A DNA stretch of 64,000 nucleotides from a virus: positions 8,628 through 72,627 of IMG/VR virus record IMGVR_UViG_2883327909_000009; one strand, written 5' to 3'. This document shows, piece after piece, positions 1 through 9,107 of this stretch (position 1 is its first letter; the number at the start of each line of letters is the position of its first letter). A program made the position numbers and the translations under genes. The notes beneath the pieces were generated by a model. That model saw nothing but the letters and a program-made list of their open reading frames with translations. It made no database searches and was not told the DNA's origin.

Positions 1-4
1 CGTA

Positions 5-178
5 TCACGAGTTGTTGGTGGGCGAAAGCATCCGGATCAGCGTCTCCGCCATCGGCGTGATCCGTCGCGTACCGGCGAGCCAGTAGTACACGGTGCGGGG
101 CGTGACGTGCATGACCTTGGCGAAGTTGTCTACGCCTCCCCAAGACATGACGATTGTTTCGAGTTCGGCGCGAGTCAC
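5..178 (-). CDS. small Cro/Aca-like HTH protein (57 aa, not in ORF track)
   Basis: GTG start overlaps upstream stop (GTGA); MTRAELETIVMSWGGVDNFAKVMHVTPRTVYYWLAGTRRITPMAETLIRML; HTH-like pattern. Confidence 0.65.
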   Translation of the reverse strand: MTRAELETIVMSWGGVDNFAKVMHVTPRTVYYWLAGTRRITPMAETLIRMLSPTNNS

Positions 179-465
179 TCTGCAACTTCCGCAGAGTCAT
201 CGCAAGGCCCACGAAAAATCGGCATCCAATGAGTGGGGCACCACCCATTTTCAACGCCATCCCAATCGGGATGAGTACTGGAGTCATAAAACGATGAAGG
301 TCGTGATTTGCAGTCGGCAAACCGCTTGTAAACGAAATTGTCGCTGTCCGAGAGCCACTTCTTGGCCCAAACGTCCACCCTCGTATTCTGCGGAACCGTA
401 TCGATAGATCGCCAGGCCACTTCGCGGAGCCGCTGTACTTCATCTGTAATATCTACGATTGACAT
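175..465 (-). CDS. phage-type hypothetical protein (DUF551-like C-terminus)
   Basis: ends in 'PTHWMPI', typical of small phage early proteins; coupled to neighbours. Confidence 0.6.
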   Translation of the reverse strand: MSIVDITDEVQRLREVAWRSIDTVPQNTRVDVWAKKWLSDSDNFVYKRFADCKSRPSSFYDSSTHPDWDGVENGWCPTHWMPIFRGPCDDSAEVAE

Positions 466-707
466 AGGGCCTCCTTGGTTAAGATTTCTCGTTGCTTCAA
501 CATGGCATCGGCTATTTCATATGCCAGCACATCGACCCCGTGCCGAACGCCATTGAGTAATGGCTCTTTGCCGCATGCGATCATGCCTTGCAACGCAGCG
601 GCTGCGAAATAATCTCGAAGAGACAGGCCACAAGAGGGTGATCCGCCAGGGTTATGAAAGTTATTTTCCGTCACCGGGTAGGCCGGTCCTCCGTCTGGGC
701 TCGTCAC
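453..707 (-). CDS. phage-type hypothetical protein
   Basis: 'DGGPAYP...GLSLRDYFAAAALQG', a motif common in phage early genes; RBS-like GGAGG upstream. Confidence 0.7.
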   Translation of the reverse strand: MTSPDGGPAYPVTENNFHNPGGSPSCGLSLRDYFAAAALQGMIACGKEPLLNGVRHGVDVLAYEIADAMLKQREILTKEALCQS

Positions 708-729
708 TATTTCTCTCTATCCTCCCGAT

Positions 730-1100
730 TAAATTTTTGTTGCTCACCCCTACGGGTATTCTTTGACCGTCTCTCCGGCCTGTCACGCATTACCGCCATT
801 TAGAAGCGGCTTTCGCCCAGCGTTTGGTCTACGTCTAGGGTTTCCGAGTCCTGATTCGCGGTCCTAGCACCTCTCGGCTGGATGGAAGGACACCCGCACC
901 GACTTCAACCAGCTTTCGCCGCCTCCGTTCTCTTCACGACCTACGGACCGTTAATTCGTTGTTTTTGTGACTGCGGTCACACTCCCGCCGGGCCGACCGA
1001 CAAGGACAGGTTTCGGCACCCAGGTGCTTCGGATATTCCCTCGCACCGCGCCGCAGTCACCCAACGCTTATCTCGTTTCCGAACTGAGTTCAAGCGATTT
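730..1100 (-). ncRNA. candidate structured ncRNA / long structured leader
   Basis: ORF-free gap with several minus-strand hairpins capped by GAAA (CGGC-GAAA-GCUG, GGC-GAAA-GCC, UUCG-GAAA-CGAG) and GGCCG-GAGAGA-CGGUC. Confidence 0.35.
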
Positions 1101-1103
1101 GTT

Positions 1104-1910
1104 TCAATCGACCTCAAGAACATGCTGAATCACCGGGTGTCGATATTCTGCTCCCCCTGTCAGCACGTGCAAGTTGGGCAGCATCTCCACTTCCCCTCCG
1201 CCGTGAGTGTGGCCGCACAGCACGGTCATGTCCCGATCCGGTGCACCGGCCATCGCCACCGCCATCACGTCCCCGACGGCCTTGCAGGTGAAGTGCGGTA
1301 GCCAGTCCTCGCCGGAAACTTTGCCATCGTGCCAGCAGGCCTCGCGGAACGGCGGAACGTGAGTCAATGCAACGACATGCCGGAAGCCCGTTAAGGCCTC
1401 GGGCAGCAATAAGCGGAGGCGGTCCGCCGAGTCATCGCCCAGAGCGTTGAGCTTCTTCAATCGCTCGAACTTCGACTCCTTGAGCCCATCGAATTCCTCG
1501 ATCAAGTCCCAGTCGTTGAGCATCACGGTAGACCCGTCGTAATCCCCGACCCGCCCGTCGCCCCAACCGTCCACGCCGACCAGGCAGGCATTCTCGGTGA
1601 GAGGAATGACGCCATCGTCCGTCATCCAGTGCAAGTTCGGGACGGCCGCACACAAGTCCCGTACCTTCTCCCGCACCCCGGCAATCGATCCCCGATAAAA
1701 GTCGTGGTTCCCCAGGACGAAGTAAACCGGTCGCTTGACGGACTCGGCGATGGCTTCGAGGTGCTCGACCACGTCGGGACCTTCGGCAATGTCGCCGGTG
1801 ATGGCAAACCCATCGGCTTTCGTGTCGGCGAGCGTGCGTAGGAAGTCATCCACAGCCGGGGGCGAGAGGAAGTTGAGGTGGATGTCAGTGAGCCATGCGA
1901 GGCGTTTCAT
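1104..1910 (-). CDS. calcineurin-like metallophosphoesterase (Icc/CpdA-like)
   Basis: DIH, GDIAE, GNHD, THVPP, CGHTH metal-binding motifs. Confidence 0.85.
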   Translation of the reverse strand: MKRLAWLTDIHLNFLSPPAVDDFLRTLADTKADGFAITGDIAEGPDVVEHLEAIAESVKRPVYFVLGNHDFYRGSIAGVREKVRDLCAAVPNLHWMTDDGVIPLTENACLVGVDGWGDGRVGDYDGSTVMLNDWDLIEEFDGLKESKFERLKKLNALGDDSADRLRLLLPEALTGFRHVVALTHVPPFREACWHDGKVSGEDWLPHFTCKAVGDVMAVAMAGAPDRDMTVLCGHTHGGGEVEMLPNLHVLTGGAEYRHPVIQHVLEVD

Positions 1911-1983
1911 CCGTGCGTTATGACAGACGAGGCCCCGCGGCGTCAATCCTTCTCAGCTTTATTTGATTTGTACGTGCGGCTTA

Positions 1984-2262
1984 TTAATCGATCTTCAGAT
2001 GCTTAAGCTTCACATGCGGCGACACCGGCTTTGAGGCCCTCGGCACGGCGGGCTGAGTTACTGGCGTGCTCACACGGAAGGAGGCCAGAAGTTGATCGAG
2101 GTCATCCTTGAGCACGAGGATTTTGCCCCGCTTCCCCGCCGCCCCGATCCGGTAATGCGCCAGCCGCCCGGTTTTCACCCAGTCGCGCACGAGGTTGGGG
2201 CAGACACAGCAATAGAACGCAGCCTGCTTGATGCTCATCATGGACGGAGTTTGAGCGGACAT
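1984..2262 (-). CDS. excisionase-family HTH DNA-binding protein
   Basis: 'SIKQAA...LVRDWVKTGRLAHYRIG...GKILV', HTH_17/Xis-like. Confidence 0.75.
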   Translation of the reverse strand: MSAQTPSMMSIKQAAFYCCVCPNLVRDWVKTGRLAHYRIGAAGKRGKILVLKDDLDQLLASFRVSTPVTQPAVPRASKPVSPHVKLKHLKID

Positions 2263-2334
2263 GGCGTTTCTCGCTCGACGATGTGGAAGGCCTGGAGGGA
2301 AGGGAAAGGGCGTCCATGCCCAGGTGGTGTTGCA

Positions 2335-2574
2335 TTAACCGGCACGGCGGGTAGTCAATCGCTTCCAGATGCAGAAGATCATGGCCGCCACGTACAGGGT
2401 AAATCCCATCCACATGTGCCAAGGGATACTCCGGGCGACCTTCCACCAGGAGTTCGGCACCGGCTTGGGCTTGGCGGCCTTTTCAGCGTACTCGGCGGGC
2501 TGCTGAACCGGCGCAACGGATGCCATCATTGGTAACGCTGGCCAGAGCAAGAAGGCAATTAACGCTGAGCGCAT
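2335..2574 (-). CDS. small membrane protein
   Basis: signal-like N-terminus, C-terminal TM helix, RBS upstream. Confidence 0.5.
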   Translation of the reverse strand: MRSALIAFLLWPALPMMASVAPVQQPAEYAEKAAKPKPVPNSWWKVARSIPWHMWMGFTLYVAAMIFCIWKRLTTRRAG

Positions 2575-2584
2575 GGGAGCCTCC

Positions 2585-2797
2585 TCAGTTGGAGCTGTAA
2601 GGCGGGAACGTCCACACGGGCTTGGCTTGGATCGCCTCTTCCACGGCCTGGGCAAAGTACCCGGCAATGACGAGCAGGCGTTGCTCGGGGGACAGCACGA
2701 GAATGGCGGGAAGTTTCAACGCCAGGTTCACGGCCTTATCTGCCGCGATGTCGGCCTTCACGCACCGGGGGCAATGGTTGGGCCATTTGTCGGACAC
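2585..2797 (-). CDS. hypothetical protein
   Basis: 70 aa with CxxC, in co-oriented run, GGAG RBS. Confidence 0.5.
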   Translation of the reverse strand: MSDKWPNHCPRCVKADIAADKAVNLALKLPAILVLSPEQRLLVIAGYFAQAVEEAIQAKPVWTFPPYSSN

Positions 2798-2816
2798 GAG
2801 TATCTCCTCTGGGGGT

Positions 2817-3038
2817 TTAGAAGCGGTCGCGCAGGTATCGGGCAGTCTGGTAGGTGTCGTACTCCACTTCGTGGAGCACTTTGTTCGTGTGATCGACGCG
2901 GGATTTCAGGGAATCGACTGTCCTCTGCATGTTGGAAAGCAGTTGGTACTGTTTGAAAAATAAGCAGCACATCATGGCGAGGATGACGTGGGCGTAGGTT
3001 GTGGACGTGAACACGCATACCGAGAGCGAATCGAGCAT
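2817..3038 (-). CDS. small membrane/coiled-coil protein
   Basis: 73 aa, hydrophobic N-half, co-oriented. Confidence 0.4.
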   Translation of the reverse strand: MLDSLSVCVFTSTTYAHVILAMMCCLFFKQYQLLSNMQRTVDSLKSRVDHTNKVLHEVEYDTYQTARYLRDRF

Positions 3039-3092
3039 GGGAAGCTCCTGAAAGGAAGGGGCGCGTCATGCGCCCCAGGTTGGGGGACAGGG

Positions 3093-3587
3093 TCACGCTT
3101 GCTTTCGAGCAATCGGAATGATGGCCGTCTTCTGGGCGAGCATCTGCTTGAGATGATCGGCCGAGAGCGATTCAATGGCCTTGGCGACCGCGAGGCGCGC
3201 AGCCTCCTCCGCGATCTTGGCGTGGTCAACCGGAGGAGCGGGCGGCGGAGCTGCCGTCTGTTGGGGGAAAGTCACCACCGGCGGAGCAGTGCGGCCGGGC
3301 ATGCGCATAGAGAGGATTTCGGCGTCCTCGACGTATTGAGGCCGAGGGCGTTTCTTGGCTTTGAGCTGTTTGACCGGCTCGGTAGCCTTTCCCCTGAGTT
3401 GCTCGGGAATCTTCCCTGTCACTCCGAAGGCCAGCGCCATGACGACGATATCGTCGATGTAGCCGAACGGCCCGAAAAGGATTTCCGGCATAAGATCTAT
3501 AGGGCACGCAAGATAAATAAACGCCCCCGCGATACAGAGTGCTCGTTTCATCGGAACCTTTCTCTTGAAGGAACGCGGCCAGGACAC
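3093..3587 (-). CDS. DUF1232 (YkvA-like) membrane protein
   Basis: 'YLACPIDLMPE..FGPFGYIDD' signature. Confidence 0.75.
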   Translation of the reverse strand: MSWPRSFKRKVPMKRALCIAGAFIYLACPIDLMPEILFGPFGYIDDIVVMALAFGVTGKIPEQLRGKATEPVKQLKAKKRPRPQYVEDAEILSMRMPGRTAPPVVTFPQQTAAPPPAPPVDHAKIAEEAARLAVAKAIESLSADHLKQMLAQKTAIIPIARKQA

Positions 3588-3611
3588 CCAGCCGCGTGTT
3601 TTAAAGCCAGG

Positions 3612-3917
3612 TCACTCCATGTCGATCTCAGGCTCTTTGCCCTTGTCCTGAGACACTTGCTGGGCCGTTTCAGCCCGCTCAGCGAGGAACGTGTCATAGT
3701 CGTTGCGGAAATCATCCCGCACGGCGGCGCGATCCTGGGTTACTTCCTGGGGCGTCGGATTGCCTACCGTGCCCATGGTCTCGACAGGGGTCATCCCCTG
3801 CGAAGGGAATGCGGGTAACACCTGCGCCAGTTCAGATGTTCCTTGCCGCCCTGCGGCAGCAAGTTCCGGCTTGGCGTCGGCAATGGCCTCGGCAATCCCG
3901 TCCAAAATCTTCTTCAT
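3612..3917 (-). CDS. hypothetical protein
   Basis: AAGGAG RBS; ends 'QDKGKEPEIDME', like plasmid transfer-region proteins. Confidence 0.6.
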   Translation of the reverse strand: MKKILDGIAEAIADAKPELAAAGRQGTSELAQVLPAFPSQGMTPVETMGTVGNPTPQEVTQDRAAVRDDFRNDYDTFLAERAETAQQVSQDKGKEPEIDME

Positions 3918-3928
3918 CAGAAACTCCT

Positions 3929-4489
3929 TCAAAACAGGGGCGGGCGATCGTTTGACCCGGAGCGATTCCGGGCTTCGTGCAGTGCATCGGCCTGGTCGGC
4001 GCGAATGTACGTCTCGCGGCGAGAGATCCAGTTCATCACCATGGCATGGCCTAAGCCTGCGGCAATCAGCCATGCCCCGAGGGCGTGATCCGCGTCGCGG
4101 ATGAAGAAGCCCGAACCCACGGTGATGGCGGCTTCGAGATAGCGGGCCCGGTGCGGGTCGGTGAACCAGCGGGCGAATATTGACGTTCCGATGTAATTGC
4201 TGTGAACGCTGCCATCGCGCTTGGCCTTCCCGGCTTGCAAGGCGGTCAATAGCAACGCAACCGGGGCGAGGCCGTAGGCGAGGAGTTCGCTCTGGCCGAA
4301 CAAGCCCCACAGGAACATGAGAGCCAATCCCATCCATGTCGCCGGGGAAGATGCCTGCCGCCATCCAATCGAGTGAGGGGCGGAGAAGCAGGTGCGGATC
4401 GGTGCCGAGCCAATGGACGCCAATACGAGAAAAGCGGTCTTACGCTGGGCGTGCGTCATGCCCTCGCGGGCTTGAGTTTGCGGGCTCAT
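3929..4489 (-). CDS. multi-pass membrane protein
   Basis: several TM segments; ATGA overlap with coupling-protein stop. Confidence 0.65.
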   Translation of the reverse strand: MSPQTQAREGMTHAQRKTAFLVLASIGSAPIRTCFSAPHSIGWRQASSPATWMGLALMFLWGLFGQSELLAYGLAPVALLLTALQAGKAKRDGSVHSNYIGTSIFARWFTDPHRARYLEAAITVGSGFFIRDADHALGAWLIAAGLGHAMVMNWISRRETYIRADQADALHEARNRSGSNDRPPLF

Positions 4490-4911
4490 AGTCGCTCCTG
4501 GGTGAAAGTTACCGGCACGAAGTTGTAGCCGGTGGACGGAAATACGGTTCCGGCTTTGATGTGCAGGCAATCGACTTTGAAGCCATGGCGGGCAGAGCCG
4601 GTGCGCATCCGAAAAAGTTCGCTCGGCTGAATCACGGCCTCGTAGATTTCGGACACGGACGCGCTGACTTGGGGGCCATCGGGGCCGCCGTTGTGGGAAC
4701 TGCCCGAGTTGTTGGCAAAGGACGTGCTCGAAGAAGTCGTGAATTTTCGCTCGCGGCCCATACCCTCGCAAACCCATTTGGCAGTACGGGGCGTAGGCAA
4801 AGCGACGAAAATGGAGGCCAGGTTACCGACGAGCGCGTCCACCTTGTCCTCGGCATGGCCGCCAGGGAACGCTCCGAGGATCGATTCATAACCTTGAACC
4901 GCGTAAACTAG
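4486..4911 (-). pseudogene. 3' fragment of type IV coupling protein (TraD/VirD4-like)
   Basis: reads 'LVYAVQGYESILGAF...TAKWVCEGMG', in frame with 5' part once IS630 is removed. Confidence 0.8.
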
Positions 4912-5023
4912 TGGCTTGTCACGCTTTGTTCGGCGGAAGGGTAAGTAGCCGTCGTGGAGGTGGGCGCGATAAGCTGATACCCGCATCAGGGATGCCGTAC
5001 CCCCTTTGACCACGAGAGCATAA

Positions 5024-5506
5024 ATGGCGAGTGCAGCGAGGGCCATGGCCGCGATCGCCGCGGCGATCGCGATCGTCCTCCCTACGCCCGGCTGCGGGGC
5101 TCGTTCGGGCCCGACCACGTACCAAGTTGCTCGGTCCGATGACGGGCGGTGCGAGTGCGAGGTCATCGAATACGTCGACGCGAAGGACTACGGCATGATG
5201 CTGGACCTTCGGATCGCCATGGACGGCCGGGAGGTGCTGGGCCGCTCGTACCTCGGGAATAAGCCTTGGGTCGGGAGTACGAGGCAATTCGTCGTCGGCC
5301 GGGTGGGGGCGTTCTACTGCCTGTCCGTGGCCGGGCACCCAGGGTACGCGCTCGCCGCCACGGACGCGACCACAGGGGCGGTCTGGTTCCAGTCCACTGA
5401 CGAGCCCAGCCGTTCCATTGACGACACCTTCGCGGCCACCCCCTCGTGGCCGAAGCTGACCGACCTCAACTGGATGAACGCCTTCGTCCTTGCCGCGGGT
5501 CGGTAA
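5024..5506 (+). CDS. IS passenger gene, putative exported/lipoprotein
   Basis: hydrophobic N-terminus followed by 'PGC'; lies inside IS ends, upstream of transposase. Confidence 0.55.
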   Translation: MASAARAMAAIAAAIAIVLPTPGCGARSGPTTYQVARSDDGRCECEVIEYVDAKDYGMMLDLRIAMDGREVLGRSYLGNKPWVGSTRQFVVGRVGAFYCLSVAGHPGYALAATDATTGAVWFQSTDEPSRSIDDTFAATPSWPKLTDLNWMNAFVLAAGR

Positions 5507-5564
5507 TCGGCGTGAAATGAACCGGCCCCGCCCCGCGCCCTTGCTCCCCGGTAGGATGCCCGCC

Positions 5565-6017
5565 ATGCCATGCAAGCGATACGTCGTGACCCTCACCGGC
5601 GAGGAGCGCGGGCGTCTGGACGCGCTGACTCGGGCCGGAAAGCGGTCCGCCCGGACCGTCACACGGGCCCGCATCCTGCTTTTGACAGACCAGACGGAAG
5701 GCGGGCCAGGGTGGGAGGACCGGCGGGTGGCCGAGGCCCTCGGGTGCGGGCACCGAACGGTCGAACGGATTCGGGAGCGGTTCGTCACCGAGGGCATCGA
5801 CGCCGCTCTCGCCACCCGGGCCCGGACTGCCCCGCCCCGACCGCCGGTCCTCGACGGGGCCGCCGAAGCGCGGCTGGTCGCACTGGCGTGTTCGGCAACA
5901 CCGGACGGCCGCAAGGCGTGGACCCTGCGGATGCTCGCCGACAAGCTGGTCGAGTTGGAGGTGGTGACCGCCGTGTCGTATGAAACGGTCCGGCGGACGC
6001 TGAAAAAAATGAGCTGA
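5565..6017 (+). CDS. IS630 transposase OrfA (HTH)
   Basis: 'KRYVVTLTGEER...RARILLLTD...LEVVTAVSYETVRRTLKK'. Confidence 0.9.
   Translation: MPCKRYVVTLTGEERGRLDALTRAGKRSARTVTRARILLLTDQTEGGPGWEDRRVAEALGCGHRTVERIRERFVTEGIDAALATRARTAPPRPPVLDGAAEARLVALACSATPDGRKAWTLRMLADKLVELEVVTAVSYETVRRTLKKMS
6003..6009 (+). other. A7 slippery site for programmed -1 frameshift
   Basis: CTGAAAAAAATGAGCTGA; -1 frame gives 'KKNELKPHLREQWCLP', the usual IS630 junction. Confidence 0.75.
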
Positions 6018-6706
6018 AGCCGCACCTGCGGGAGCAGTGGTGCCTGCCGGGCGGGCCGTCGGGCGAGTTCGTGGCGCGGATGGAGGACGTACTCGACGTG
6101 TACCACCGCCCGTACGACGAGGATCGCCCGCTCATCTGCATCGACGAGCAGCCGAAGCAGTTGGTGAGCGAGACCCGGGTGCCGCTCCCGCCCCGGCCCG
6201 GCTTACCGGCCCGGTACGACTACGAGTACAAGCGGGAGGGCGTGGCCAACCTGTTCATGCTGTTCCAGCCGCTGCTCGGCTGGCGGTACGTCATGCCGAC
6301 CGAGCGGCGGACGGCCAAGGACTTCGCCGAGGTGCTCCGGTGGCTGGCCGAGGACCTGTACCCGGATGCCGATCGCCTGGTGCTGGTCACCGACAATCTG
6401 AACACCCACTCGACCGCCTGCCTGTACGAGGCGTTCGACCCGGTCCGGGCGCGGCGGATCGCCGAGCGGCTGGAGTGGCACTACACGCCCAAGCATGGGT
6501 CGTGGCTGAACATGGCCGAGATCGAGTTCGCCGCCCTGTCGAAGCAATGCCTGGACCGCCGGATCGGGACGATGGCCCGGCTCCGCAAGGAGGTGGCCGC
6601 CTGGGAGGAGGAGCGGAACGAGCAGATGGTCGGAGTGAACTGGCGGTTCACCACGCCCGACGCACGGGTCAAACTCCGCTCACTTTATCCGTCAATCAAA
6701 GCGTGA
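6004..6706 (+). CDS. IS630 transposase OrfB (DDE)
   Basis: 'CIDEQP', 'LVTDNLNTH', 'SWLNMAEIE' DDE motifs; stop lies in right TIR. Confidence 0.9.
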
Positions 6707-6713
6707 CGGCCTA

Positions 6714-7839
6714 CTAGTGTGCCGCGGAACTGGCGTGACATGCTGATAAAGGTCTGGTCGTACTCGGTGAGGACGTTGGCCGCCTCATCGGCGCCGATCA
6801 AATGCGGGAGTGTCTCCGGCTTGATGCTTCGTTTCAGGATTTCAATCTCGACGAGGTGCTTGATCCCGCCGGCAATGAACTGACCGACTTGCTGCCAGGC
6901 GGAGTATGGGAAGTCAACGATGATGATGGCGTTCCGCGCGATGGCGTCGGCCAGGTTGAACGTCGATTCCGAAGCCAGCACCTTCGACGCAATCCCGGTG
7001 GACAGCACGTCAAGCACGCCGGTCAGGAAGGCGGTTATGATGGAGCGAGTTTTCGACGCGAGAGTGCAGATCTCTAGGGTGATGTACTCGTCGCAAATAC
7101 GGAACGATTCTTTGCGGCCATCGGCATTGCACCTCGCAAAAGCCGTGCGTAAGCAATGCGAGCAATATTTATCCTTCCACGAAGCGAGTGTGAGGTCTTT
7201 TGGTGACCGTGGCAGGCTGTGAACCACCGCGAGGATATTTGCGGGCGTGACCGGCTCATCGGCCAGGAGCAGCAGCAGGATGACGACGAAGGCTTTCCGC
7301 TTGTACGAGTTAACCCAGAACTGGTCATCACCACCACCGGACTTCGCCCCTGACCGTGAGGAAATCTCGGCGAAAACGTCTAACGCTTGGGACATCATCC
7401 GAGCCATCGTGACTTCGTCTGCCGCACCCATTCGAAACGAATCGAAAAAATTCAGCCGATGGGCGGCCGTCTGGTCGATGACGATCACATCCTTCTCGCG
7501 GCCAGTTTTCTTGGCCATGGCGAGATAGTCGGCACGGTCGGAGGGCTTGGCACATAGCAGCGTGAGGCCGAAGCCCGACTGCATGGCGTTCCGCAGAATA
7601 GTGAACAATGGTCCACTAGTCTTGCCGGAGCCTGTTTGGCCGAGGATAAGACAGCCCTGGACGATGTCCCGGTTGCAGTACGGGACGCCCGTGTTGAGCT
7701 CCAAGAAGCGATTGTCGAGGACATCGTTTGTGCCGCCTCGGGCTAACTTGCCTGTGGCCGCCCGTGACGTGTAGACGCTGTGCGCAACCAGCGCAAGCGC
7801 GCAGAAGCACAGCGATGCCGTGATCAAAATCTCGTTCAT
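6714..7839 (-). pseudogene. 5' fragment of type IV coupling protein (TraD/VirD4-like)
   Basis: N-terminal TM, Walker A GQTGSGKT, Walker B 'GADEA', 'SRQFRG'; interrupted by IS630. Confidence 0.85.
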
Positions 7840-7964
7840 TCTCCACCTCGATCTCATGGGTAACACTCCAGTTGGTTCGTGTGAATGAGGATCGGCGCGC
7901 ACGCCGGAACAGAAGCGGCGCGAGGCCGCCAAAAAAGAGGGCTCATGGTTGTTGAGTTCCGAGA

Positions 7965-7995
7965 GAGAAACCCAGCCCCGCGATTGGGGCTGGGT
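7965..7995 (-). terminator. hairpin terminator candidate after parB-like gene
   Basis: ACCCAGCCCC/GGGGCTGGGT 10-bp stem followed by pyrimidines on minus strand. Confidence 0.45.
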
Positions 7996-8006
7996 GGTTG
8001 GCAGGG

Positions 8007-8858
8007 TTACTTTGGCGGCAGGTTACCCTGGGCGAGCAGAGCCTTTGGCAGGTCTTCCATGGTGTAGCCGAGAGCGAAGATCTTAACGGCGATCTTGACC
8101 ACCTCGCGGCACGCACACTCCAAATCTTCCGGTTTGGCGTCGATGGGAAGTGTCCAAGAGAAGCATCCCCAGCGGATCACGATGAACATTCCGCGAGATT
8201 TCTTCTTCGGCTTCAACAGCGCCTTCACCTGCGCGAGCGTGTACCGATCTTTCGGCCCCATTCCCGAGAAAAACTCCAACGCTTCCGGCTTCGCCCGCTT
8301 CAACTCTGGGCTAGCCTGGAAGGGTAACTGCTTGTCGTGGATGCGTTGCTTTAGATCAGCAGGCAGGGCATCGAACGCCTTCAGCCGAGAGGCAACTGAA
8401 GCCGATACGCCGAACTTTTCCGCCGCCTGCGAGATCGTGCAGTCGTGCTCTTTGGCGAAGTCAGAGATGAGCTTCGCCGTCGAGGCAGGGTCTCTCTTCT
8501 CTTGGGTGTCCATCGCCAAGACGGCGGCGAGTTCCTTCTCGTCCGTGTCAATATCCTCGCGGATGAAGACAGGGACTACCTTCAGGCCAGCCTTCCTCGC
8601 CGCGCGTGCACGACGGTTGCCGCCGAGAATGCGAAACATTTTCGAGATGATGAGCGGTGAGAGCACGCCGTTTTCCTTGAGGCTCTCCGTGAGTTCGTCG
8701 AGCGATAGACCTTTCGGCTTCGTCGCTTCTCCGTCAGGGTCGCGGTCGTATTTGGCCACGAGGTTGTCGATGGGAAATTCAGGCACGTAGGTGCCGTTCG
8801 TGTTGCCACCGGCCAGTTGCTGTCTCTCGATGCGCGTAGCTTCCAATTGCGGCACCAT
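8007..8858 (-). CDS. ParB/RepB/Spo0J-family protein
   Basis: 'LDELTESLKENGVLSPLII...ILGGNRRARAA' ParB-N motif then HTH; start taken at ATG 8858 with GGAGG RBS. Confidence 0.85.
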   Translation of the reverse strand: MVPQLEATRIERQQLAGGNTNGTYVPEFPIDNLVAKYDRDPDGEATKPKGLSLDELTESLKENGVLSPLIISKMFRILGGNRRARAARKAGLKVVPVFIREDIDTDEKELAAVLAMDTQEKRDPASTAKLISDFAKEHDCTISQAAEKFGVSASVASRLKAFDALPADLKQRIHDKQLPFQASPELKRAKPEALEFFSGMGPKDRYTLAQVKALLKPKKKSRGMFIVIRWGCFSWTLPIDAKPEDLECACREVVKIAVKIFALGYTMEDLPKALLAQGNLPPK

Positions 8859-9107
8859 GGCAGTCCTCCAGAATTGGGAATGGGGATGAAGGTGGCGGGA
8901 GGTGAATGCGAGAATCACCTCCCGAAGAACTGTTCGCCCAGGGCGCATGAAGGTCAAACGTGTTTTCCGCTCACTCAGGCTGATCGAGTCCAATGGAAGA
9001 GAGGGTGGAATTCTGCCTAAAAACCATGGATTGCTCTTGTGATGTTGTTGAGGATCATTCTTTAATTCACGAACCCGCCTGCTCCCCTACCGTCTCAGGA
9101 GCGATTC

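Larger units (their letters stand above)
4908..6717 (+). mobile_element. IS630-family element with passenger gene
   Basis: CTAG at both ends (4908-4911, 6714-6717); imperfect TIRs sharing GTCACGCTTTG; removal restores host ORF. Confidence 0.88.

Noticed and set aside
882-1301. 139-aa plus-strand ORF over the structured tract
   Set aside because: Antisense to the phosphoesterase 3' end, no RBS, atypical composition
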